Assembly (NCBI GenBank): GCA_036505195.1
Contig: DASXTX010000052.1
Span: 1,272-65,271 of the forward strand
Length of the DNA stretch: 64,000 nt
DNA from: Actinomycetota bacterium
Lineage (GTDB): Bacteria > Actinomycetota > UBA4738 > HRBIN12
Reading direction: 5' to 3'
Below the pieces are notes generated by a model that searched no databases, was not told where the DNA came from, and saw nothing but the letters and a program-made list of their open reading frames with translations. The position numbers were made by a program, and so were the translations under genes. Shown here piece by piece: positions 56,380-64,000 of the stretch (the first letter of the stretch is position 1; each line of letters starts with the position of its first letter).

Positions 56380-56431
56380 CTTAGGATCCGGTGCCCGAAA
56401 GGGCGTGGGAGTTCGACTCTCCCCTCTCGCA
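56380..56431 (+). pseudogene. 3' half of tRNA-Leu(TAG), anticodon loop to discriminator; right junction (attR-like) of the island
   Basis: cttaggatccggtgcccgaaagggcgtgggagttcgactctcccctctcgca is identical to 46558-46609. The match continues a few nt into the 3' flank (ccccc..tc), and the left flank is unrelated (gcagcaac). Confidence 0.85.
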
Positions 56432-56601
56432 CCCCCTCATGAACTGCGCATCTTTGCCCTGAAGCCTTGAGAGGGGCATCTCGGGAAGGCCCCATTGCTC
56501 ACGCTTGCTCACGGAACGTGGCGGATGCGTCCACACCTACCTTCAGACGCGGTGGCGCTGCATCTTCCAGAACGTCTGAGGACTCGACCGACCGCGCACT
56601 C

Positions 56602-56928
56602 TCAGAAGTCTCGCCATCGCTTCGAAGTGACCACCGCAAGGATTCGGAGGGGCAACATGTCTGACCGCAAGTACGGCGCTGCGCCCGCAGGACGCTGCGC
56701 ACGCATGAGCGCCGACGGTTCCACCGCGGTTACGTCACGGCCGGGGGGCTCGTAGGAGCCGGTGCCAGCCCCGACATTCAATACCGTCCGTGCATCGCCG
56801 AGCGCAGCCCAGATCCTTGCGGCGATCCGAGGCTCTGTGCGCCGCGTCACGGTGTACGCGGGTCCGATGGTGTCATACAACTGCGGGCCGGACATGTCGC
56901 TGACTCCCTGGCTGTCACCGTCCCCCAC
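56602..56928 (-). pseudogene. class-I SAM-dependent methyltransferase, N-terminal fragment only
   Basis: ..QLYDTIGPAYTVTRRTEPRIAARIWAALGDARTVLNVGAGTGSYEP..VTAVEPS..MRAQRPAGAAP, after which the family-typical continuation is missing. Confidence 0.4.
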
Positions 56929-57120
56929 GCAGCGCAGGTGGCCCTGGATACTTGGTCACTCGCGCACTAATCTACCTATCGTTGACGAATCGTCTTCAGG
57001 TGAGGCCTGACGGCTTCTAGGGCTCCCTATTAGTGGACCCCCTCGTCGTTGACGAGTCAAGTCGCCGGGTCTGTAGGTGGTCGGGTCGGCCTGCGCAAAA
57101 GGGGTGCTAAGAGATTTGGT

Positions 57121-57178
57121 CTGCACCCGAGAGCCGTCCGGAAGTCGCGCGTCCACCCAAGGTGACGTTGCGTCGACC
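57121..57178 (+). repeat. 58-bp repeat, copy B
   Basis: TGCACCCGAGAGCCGTCCGGAAGTCGCGCGTCCACCCAAGGTGACG.. matches 45631-45688. Confidence 0.8.
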
Positions 57179-57410
57179 CGGAGACGCAAGGGCACCACGA
57201 TACGCTCGAATCACGTGGAGGAGGGATAGGCCATAGGCCGCTCGGGAATCGGACCTCGTGTCGCAACGCGTCTGCTGGCGCTTCAGACTTCGAGAGCGGG
57301 GTTAAGCCCTGGCCGGCCCTCCTCGACGCGACATGCCGACCGGGACCGGTGAGCCGCCGTGGTCGACCCTCGCGCGGAGGGACGCCGTGCAGCCCTACAA
57401 GATCGTCTCG

Positions 57411-57947
57411 CTAACGTTGCTGGCTCAGCCACTCATCCTTCTCTGCGGAGTACCAGACGCAGTCCACGTCCCGCCAGCGGATCGTCCCCTGACGCTTCAG
57501 ACCGCACTTCTCCATGACACGCCAGGACGCGACATTCTTCGGCGTCGTCACGCTGATGATTCGAGGCAAGTCGAGTTCCGCGAAGCCATGATGGATCGCT
57601 GCCGTGCCGCCCTCAGTAGCCAGCCCCCGGCCCCAGAACTCAGGGTCGAGTTGCCATCCCACTTCGGTCTTGTCCTCACCAGACCAATCCTCGTGGACCA
57701 TGAGACCGATCTTTCCGACCCAACGGCCCGTCTCCTTGTGGATGGCCGCGAAGGGTCCGTATCCGTACCTCGTCCAACAGGCTAGGTTCCGGTCGAGTGC
57801 GCTGACGGCCCATTCTGGCTGCATTGGGTCCTCCATCAGCGCGAGGTACTGCGTGACGCGTGGATCGCCGAAGAGCTCGACGAACTGAGGTTGGTCGTCC
57901 TTGGTGAGCGGTCTCAGGCGTAGTCGTGGCGTGTCGATTTCGATCAC
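57411..57947 (-). CDS. GNAT-family N-acetyltransferase (RimJ/RimL-like)
   Basis: Start set at GTG 57947 (VIEIDTPRLRLRPLT..). ..EVGWQLDPEFWGRGLATEG..ISVTTPKNVASWRVMEKCGL.. Confidence 0.75.
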   Translation of the reverse strand: MIEIDTPRLRLRPLTKDDQPQFVELFGDPRVTQYLALMEDPMQPEWAVSALDRNLACWTRYGYGPFAAIHKETGRWVGKIGLMVHEDWSGEDKTEVGWQLDPEFWGRGLATEGGTAAIHHGFAELDLPRIISVTTPKNVASWRVMEKCGLKRQGTIRWRDVDCVWYSAEKDEWLSQQR

Positions 57948-58162
57948 CGGCCTACGGTAATAGGCTTGCGATACCACGACGATAAGAGTCCTTCTCCCAT
58001 GGGAAACGATCTGCTGTCCTCGCCAATCCTGAGTGCGCCACGCAATCGCCACGCAATAAGGATGGAAGGGAGTCAGCGTGTCGAAGGCTGTCGCGCTCAG
58101 CCACTGTCCGGCGGCGCTGGCGCGTGCACGCACAAGTCGCCGGGCTCAGCACTGAGCCACGG

Positions 58163-58539
58163 CTAAGGCCCCGGTTCGAGGTCACGGCCCTGGGTGAGGC
58201 CATAGATGTTGCCGTCTGGGGCACGGAAATGCACCCAGGCGACGTCGTCCTCGCCTTCCCAGTAGACGGGTCCCGAGACGATGGGCACGCCCTCCGCCCG
58301 AAGTTCCCGTGTAGCGGCCGCGACGTCATCGATGAGGAATTCCACCACCGGACCTGTGGTGAAGTGCTCGTTTTCCGAGGGTCTGAAAACCTCGACCTTG
58401 CTCCCATCGGGCAGCTGGAACACCCAGACGCCGTCGCCGCTGTGGCTGAACCGCAGTCCCAAGACACGCTCGAAGAAGTCGGCCGTGGCCTCGGGTTCTC
58501 AGTCCGGGTTCCCACCCATCCGATCTTGAGCAGCTTCAC
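58163..58539 (-). pseudogene. glyoxalase/VOC-family protein with an apparent 1-nt deletion near 58490
   Basis: The N-terminus (V)KLLKIGWVGTRTENP is in the frame opening at 58539. The rest, EATADFFERVLGLRFSHSGDGVWVF..VHFRAPDGNIYGL, is in the frame that includes the track ORF 58163-58462. Confidence 0.6.
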
Positions 58540-58640
58540 GACTGGACGTCTCCCACTCTTGGTGGGATCAGTATCCCGCCGAGACCGGATGAGGCGACGA
58601 AGTCCAGCCTGCGACCCCCTCTGGAGTCCTATCCGGGACG

Positions 58641-59916
58641 ATGCTTCCTACGAGGTTGACGGCTACGATGCGACGACGTAGCAGACCGGCGGGCGTGAAC
58701 TTGCTGCTCAAAGAGCGAGACTTCCGTCTGATCGTCGTCGCGGTGGGACTGTCGTCGTTTGGCGACGTGCTCGCGGCGGTGGCCCTCACCATCCGGGTTC
58801 ACGATCTGACCGGCTCGGGGCTGGCTGTCGCGGCATTGCTGCTGGCCGATCTGGCGGCCCATGTCGTGCTCGCTCCGTGGGCAGGGATGCTCGTGGACCG
58901 GGTGGAGACCCGCCGTGTGTTGGTTGCGGTCTCGCTCGGGCAAGCTGCGGTGGCGGTAGCCCTCGCCTTCGCCCATTCGGTCCCGCTCATAGTTGGGCTC
59001 CTGGCCTTGCTGGGCGCGGGGGCCACCGTTGTGAACCCGGCGGTGCTTGCCCTCGTCCCGAAGGTGGTGGGAAGGGATCGGACCACGCCCGCGAACGCCT
59101 CGCTGGAGATCGCCCGCTACGCGGGCGCGACCGCTGGTCCGGTGGTCGCCGGGGTGCTCGCCGCGGCCCTCGGCGCGGGTTCCGCTCTCCTCGTGGACGC
59201 CGGTTCCTTCGCAGTTCTTGCCATCGCCGCCGCGGCGCTCCGTGTGCGCAGACCCCCGGAGGAAGCGGGATGGGAGGAAGGGGAGGCGGGGTTCGCGGCC
59301 TGGCCGAGCCCGTGAGGGATTCTCGTTCCTGTGGGGTGATCCGGTCCTCCGGCTGGCAGCAGTGGTGCTCACGATCACGGTGATGTTCGCCGTCATGGAC
59401 AACGTCGCCCTGGTGTTCTTCGCCAAGGACACCCTGGAGGCGGGCGATGGCGGCTACGGAGTCTTGGTCTCGGTCTGGACCGCGGGGATGGTGGCGGGGA
59501 TTTTCCTGGTGGCTCGGCGCCTCAGCACGCAGGCTTTGGCCCCCGGGGTGATCCTCGCCGACGCGAGTACCGGGGTGGCCGTGCTGGCCGCGGCCGCCTG
59601 GCCGGTGTTCGGCTGGGCCATCGGGCTGTTCGTGGTGGGCGGCGCGGGCAACGGCATCGGGAACGTCGCCCGCCGTAGCCTGATCCACCACCGCACCCCG
59701 GACCGTCTCCACGGCAGTGTCTTCGCCGCGAATTCGGCGCTGCTCAGCTCGGGGCAGATCGCCGCCGTCGCCCTCGGGGGCATCTTCGTCGAGGCGATAG
59801 GACCGAGGGTCACGCTCCTGATCGCGGGCACGGGCACGGTCGCCGTGAGCATCGTCGGGTTGGTGGCCTACGCGAGCCTGCCAGTTGAGGTCAGGAGAAG
59901 AGACCTTGTGCCATGA
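58641..59916 (+). pseudogene. MFS transporter (EntS/MFS_3-like) split by a frameshift near 59270-59310
   Basis: The N-terminal six-TM half is in ORF 58641-59315 (..FRLIVVAVGLSSFGDVLAAVAL..). The C-terminal half (REGFSFLWGDPVLRL...) is in the frame of ORF 59047-59916. Confidence 0.6.
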
Positions 59917-59975
59917 CGATGTCGCCTCGTGACGAAAGCGACATCAGGCTTGCCTGCACTACCAGGCGCGACGGG

Positions 59976-61061
59976 CTAGGACTCGCAAGCCATGACGGCC
60001 TCACCCTTCACGCAGACGTCGCTTCCGACACCTCCATTGAGAGCGTCCGTATCTTGTCCCCCGTCCAAGAAGTCGTCTCCGGCATCGCCCACGAGGTAGT
60101 CGTCGCCTTCTTCGCCGGACATCCTGTCGTTACCCTCACCGCCCGAAATCTCATTCGCGTTCGAGTCTCCGGTCAATGAGTCGTCGTAGGGCGAACCGAC
60201 CAGGTGTTCAACGCCGACCATCATGTCCGAGCCATTGCCCGTGGCCTTGCCCGTTGCGAGATCGGCCGTGACGGGTCCGTGTGAGGCGCCGTAATCCACT
60301 CGGTCGATGCCATCGTTCCCAACCAACTCGTCATCGCCACTACCTCCATCGAGCGTGTCGTCGCCAGCGTCCCCCAAGAGACGATCGCGCCCAGCGCCAC
60401 CAACCAGCAGGTCATCGCCGAAGCCACCTTCGAGACGTTCCGGCCCCTCGTCGCCGATGATGATGTCGTCGAGCAGAGAACCCACCACCAGCTCCACTGA
60501 GTGGAGGCGGTCACGGCCCCAGCCTCTCGCCACGCCCGCGTCCAGATTCACCCTGATCCCGTCGGCCTCCCAATAGGCCACGCCGTCTCGACCGGTCCCG
60601 CCGCGGATCAGGTCTTGACCGTCTCTCGGGTTGAACAGATCAGATCCACCTCCCCCCAAGAGGACGTCGTTGCCGGACGCGTTGAAGGCATCCCCCCAGA
60701 GGCTGTCGGCGCCGGGACCCCCAAGAAATCTGTCGTCGCCGCTGCCCGCGTTGCCCCGGTCGTCCCCGACTCCACCGTCCACCAGATCACGCCCTGGCCC
60801 GGCCAGCAGCACATCGTTCCCCCGGCCTCCGCAGATGCGGTCGATTCCGCCCAGGCCCTGGATCCGGTCGTCGCCGCCCCGTCCGGCGATCACATCGGGT
60901 CCAGGGGTGCCCACCAGACGGCCTCCCTCTGCCGACCCGACGATCGTGGGAGCTCGACCGCGGCAGAGTGCGGTCGCACTGGTTGGGAACGGCGCGGCGA
61001 GCGAGTGGACTATCACGGCGAGCGCCATCGACGCCGGCAGTTTCGACGTTCGGAAATTCAT
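59976..61061 (-). CDS. secreted calcium-binding protein with hemolysin-type (RTX) nonapeptide repeats
   Basis: Start set at MNFRTSKLPASMALAV (signal-like). Many GGxGxD repeats (GGAGRDRLLGDAGDDTLDGGSGDDELVGNDG..). Confidence 0.75.
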   Translation of the reverse strand: MNFRTSKLPASMALAVIVHSLAAPFPTSATALCRGRAPTIVGSAEGGRLVGTPGPDVIAGRGGDDRIQGLGGIDRICGGRGNDVLLAGPGRDLVDGGVGDDRGNAGSGDDRFLGGPGADSLWGDAFNASGNDVLLGGGGSDLFNPRDGQDLIRGGTGRDGVAYWEADGIRVNLDAGVARGWGRDRLHSVELVVGSLLDDIIIGDEGPERLEGGFGDDLLVGGAGRDRLLGDAGDDTLDGGSGDDELVGNDGIDRVDYGASHGPVTADLATGKATGNGSDMMVGVEHLVGSPYDDSLTGDSNANEISGGEGNDRMSGEEGDDYLVGDAGDDFLDGGQDTDALNGGVGSDVCVKGEAVMACES

Positions 61062-61310
61062 CGCCTCTAAGCCCCTACAGGTGCTATGGGCTTGCCCTCC
61101 GCCAGGAGACACCACCGCGGCCGCTCGGGTTCCCGAGCACCCGCACAAAATGCTCACAGTCAGGATGTTGGTTGGTAACGAAAGCGAGTGCCTCCGCGGC
61201 CGTCACGGGGCGACTACGATCGAACCGTGCTTACGGGCGGCGGTGAAGTGATGTGTGGTCGTGCCGCTGCTGGCTGGATGCTCAAGCTCGGGGGGCGACA
61301 CGGGCGCGCA

Positions 61311-62450
61311 TCACCGAACCGCCGTGATCCGGCTGAGAATCCCGTCGTAGTAGTCGGCCACCCAGACGCTCCCTTCGTCCTCCGCGAGCGCGATCGGTTG
61401 CAAATCGTCGAGCGCGACGGACTCACCGATCACACGGTTGGTTGTGGGATCGATCCGCACAACCCCGGCGGTGCCCGCGATCGGGTAGAAGAGCGTCGGG
61501 TCGCTGGAGCGGGGCGAAACGAGGACCCACACCGTCGACCCGTCCATGACCACGTCCTGGGCTCGTGCGATCGGGATCGTGGCCTGCACGGCCCCCGAGT
61601 CGGGATCGATCCGCAGGACGGAGTCGCCGGTCACCCCCCACAGTGACCCGTCACCGACGGCCTGCACGCTCGGGACGTCGAGCGTGTCGACGACGTCTCC
61701 GGTCGCCGGATCGACCTCGGTCACGGAACCGCCCGCCCACGAGTTGGTGATCCACACCGACCCTTCGCCGTAGACGACGGGCCCCCCTCCCTCGGCCGCC
61801 GGAACGCTGCTCAGCACCCGATTCGATGTCGGGTCGATGCGAAAGACCGTGCTGGCCCCCGAGTCCGGCAGGGTCACCCACACCGAACCGCCGCCGACAG
61901 CCACCCCCCCGATCGGACCGCCGAGGTGGATCGTGGCCGCGATGTTGTTGATGGCAGGATCGATGCGGACGAGATTCCCCCTCGATCCGTCTGGCCGCAG
62001 CTCCGGCGCGGTCACCCACACCGAACCCTCCCCGACCGCGATGGTGCTGTGGTCGCCCGTTCCTGGGACGCGGATCTCGGCGACGATCTGGTCCGTCGTC
62101 GGATCCACGCGCACGACCCCTTCGTTGCCGGTGACCCACACGCCCCCAAAGCCGGTCACGACATCGGTGATCCCGGGAGCAAGTGGTACGCGAGCCGACA
62201 CGATCAGCTGGCCCGGCTCCGTCCCAAAGACGCCCCTCGGCTCGTGATTCCGGTCACCGAGAGGTGAAAGCAGAACCAGAGGCACACTCAGGGCGACGAT
62301 CCCGAGCGCGGCGATGAACGCTCCGACGGCCCGGCGCCGGCGCCGCAGGCTCCTGGCGCGACGGATGACCGGGTCCACCTGGGTAGGGGGCGGTTCCACG
62401 CTCTGGAGCGATCGCTCGAGCCGATCCCTGATCTGTTCGTCGATGCGCAT
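61311..62450 (-). CDS. single-pass membrane protein with extracytoplasmic beta-propeller repeats; probable anti-sigma factor
   Basis: Start set at MRIDEQ (ATG 62450, 2 nt after the sigma stop). One TM (AVGAFIAALGIVALSVPLVLL). Six or more repeats of the h-x-R-(I/V)-DP-x-(T/S) type with G-x-GSVWVT. Confidence 0.6.
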   Translation of the reverse strand: MRIDEQIRDRLERSLQSVEPPPTQVDPVIRRARSLRRRRRAVGAFIAALGIVALSVPLVLLSPLGDRNHEPRGVFGTEPGQLIVSARVPLAPGITDVVTGFGGVWVTGNEGVVRVDPTTDQIVAEIRVPGTGDHSTIAVGEGSVWVTAPELRPDGSRGNLVRIDPAINNIAATIHLGGPIGGVAVGGGSVWVTLPDSGASTVFRIDPTSNRVLSSVPAAEGGGPVVYGEGSVWITNSWAGGSVTEVDPATGDVVDTLDVPSVQAVGDGSLWGVTGDSVLRIDPDSGAVQATIPIARAQDVVMDGSTVWVLVSPRSSDPTLFYPIAGTAGVVRIDPTTNRVIGESVALDDLQPIALAEDEGSVWVADYYDGILSRITAVR

Positions 62451-62452
62451 CT

Positions 62453-62944
62453 TCAACCATCCTCCTGACGAGCCTCCGACGGCTCCAGCAGCCGAGCGAG
62501 TCTGCGCCGACCTCGATCGAGGTGGGCCTTCGCGGTTCCCTCCCGGCACCCCATCACCTCCGCGACCTGGGCAACGGGCAGATCGATGAGGTAGTGGAGG
62601 ACCACCGCCTGCGCCTGCCGCTTGGGGAACTCCTTGATCGCTCGCCACAGATCCAAAGCCCCCTCAGGTTCGGTTTCGGGGGAATGGAGCCCTTCAACCT
62701 CATGGGAGAGCTCGGCCGTTCGCCTCCCCGTTCTCCGAAGGATGTTCAGGGTGGTGGCGACGATCCACCCGACGATCCACGGCTCTCCCCGCAGACGACC
62801 CCAGCGCTCGAACGCTCTCGCGAAGGCCTCCTGAACGGCGTCCTCGGCGGTCTCGCGACGCCCCGAGAAGCGATACGCGACCCGATAGACGACCGGGAAC
62901 GCCTGCTCGTACACGTGCCGGAAGTCCGCCTCGTCAGAAGACAC
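62453..62944 (-). CDS. ECF (sigma-70 family, group IV) RNA polymerase sigma factor
   Basis: 163-aa ORF. Region 2 ..FPVVYRVAYRFSGRRETAEDAVQEAF.. and region 4 ..VVLHYLIDLPVAQVAEVMGCREGTAKAHLDRGRRRL. Confidence 0.85.
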   Translation of the reverse strand: MSSDEADFRHVYEQAFPVVYRVAYRFSGRRETAEDAVQEAFARAFERWGRLRGEPWIVGWIVATTLNILRRTGRRTAELSHEVEGLHSPETEPEGALDLWRAIKEFPKRQAQAVVLHYLIDLPVAQVAEVMGCREGTAKAHLDRGRRRLARLLEPSEARQEDG

Positions 62945-63141
62945 CCATCAACGACCCTCCATCCCCCTAGAGTCTCGAGCGGACCAACCCGGTTTACCTC
63001 CATCGACACGATTCCTCACCGGTGACGCTCGTCTGAATTCGTCACCGGTCGCATCCCAGGGTCCACTCGTAGAGGGACATGACAGCGTGGGGGATGCCCT
63101 TCACGCTCGATTCAATCGACCGCAGCCGTGTAGGTTGATCG

Positions 63142-63609
63142 ATGGCGATGGAGGCGACGGCTCGGCGGGCGATCGAGGAACGAAATCACGCAGCGCTGGA
63201 TCGGCTGCGGGCATTGGGCGTGCGGCTCTCGGATGAGGAACTCGGTCAGACCATCGACCCGCCATGGACCGCCGCGGCGCTCTTTGCCCATATGGCGTTT
63301 TGGGATCGATTCGTTCGCGCCAGGTGGGTGCTCGCCTCCACCATGGGGAGTCGTACACCTCTTCCTTTCGACGACGCTCTTCTGGAACTGATCAATGACT
63401 CGTCCCTGCAACAATGGGCAGTCATCCCGCCGCGAACCGCCGTCCAGGATTGCCTGGCAGCGGCTGCAGAGATCGATGCCCTCATAGGGTCGCTCGAAGC
63501 CGATGTCGTGTCGCAGGTTGTGCGGGAGGGGCGAGAGCGCCTGGTGGACCGCTCGCTTCATCGAGGTGAACACCTCAGCACCATCGAGGCAACCTTCCTC
63601 TCCCCATGA
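63142..63609 (+). CDS. DinB-family (DinB_2-like) four-helix-bundle protein
   Basis: 155-aa ORF with ..TAAALFAHMAFWDRF.. and ..HRGEHLSTI.. His motifs typical of DinB-like proteins. Confidence 0.55.
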   Translation: MAMEATARRAIEERNHAALDRLRALGVRLSDEELGQTIDPPWTAAALFAHMAFWDRFVRARWVLASTMGSRTPLPFDDALLELINDSSLQQWAVIPPRTAVQDCLAAAAEIDALIGSLEADVVSQVVREGRERLVDRSLHRGEHLSTIEATFLSP

Positions 63610-64000
63610 ATGTCCGAGTGACCATCGTGACGATCGCAGATCTGTGTCCCGACCTCACAGATGGAGGACCTGCCCGACCTTCGTTGCGCCGGCTGCCTGC
63701 GCCGGGCGCGTGGACCTTCCGCCAGCTAGACAGGGCTACGGCTCACTCCGGTGGATCAACCTCGAGGGTGGACAGAACCGCCTCGGCCTTCGTCCTGACT
63801 CCGGTCGAGAGGTCCCGCATACGGTCGAGCCCGTTCGATTGTCCACACCACGAGCAGAAAATCGAACGACGAGCGAAGCGGCAATAGAGATACCCAAGGC
63901 CGTAGATCACGACGAGCGAAATCACCAGGAAACGCAACCCGCCCACCTGCCTAGTCCATCTTCGTATCCTCCTCGGCCTTGTCGGGGACCGGCTGAAGAT

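Noticed and set aside
63743-63946. 67-aa ORF with one hydrophobic segment near the window end
   Set aside because: It is short, I see no ribosome-binding site or family motif, and it is adjacent to the window edge. Not supportable.

Overview
This is a high-GC, actinobacterium-like chromosomal segment. The outer parts (1-23.4 kb and 56.5-64 kb) look like ordinary housekeeping or accessory genes. They include three class-III aminotransferases (one is a partial rocD), tRNA-His and tRNA-Lys, an amidohydrolase, and a cluster of four class-III nucleotidyl cyclases. They also include an HxlR/pirin pair, a BNR/sialidase-like protein, an L,D-transpeptidase, a GNAT, an MFS transporter, an RTX-repeat protein, an ECF sigma/anti-sigma pair and a DinB-like protein.

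The centre (about 23.4-56.4 kb) is a composite genomic island inserted in the anticodon loop of a tRNA-Leu(TAG) gene. The 5' half of the tRNA lies at 23406-23443. An intact copy lies at 46527-46609, next to a short tyrosine recombinase. The 3' half lies at 56380-56431.

The most unusual part is the left 10 kb of the island. Nine same-orientation copies of an ~80-bp repeat separate eight small gene cassettes of 0.4-2.4 kb. Seven of the copies begin with the tRNA anticodon stem-loop core CCGGACTTAGGA. I read this as an integron-like cassette array anchored on a tRNA gene rather than on attI/IntI. Cassette cargo includes Mrr, an EEP nuclease with an overlapping PD-(D/E)xK-like gene, an HEPN-motif protein, and a three-gene overlapping operon of unknown function.

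The island core carries a Toprim/primase-like Rep candidate, a serine recombinase, a Type III R-M system, a canonical-motif HEPN protein, a PD-(D/E)xK protein and the integrase. The right module encodes a 2164-aa RHS/YD toxin with an unassigned C-terminal domain and a candidate immunity gene.

Several genes carry single-base frameshifts at short homopolymers. These may be assembly errors rather than real pseudogenes. All functional calls come from reading motifs by eye; no database search was run.
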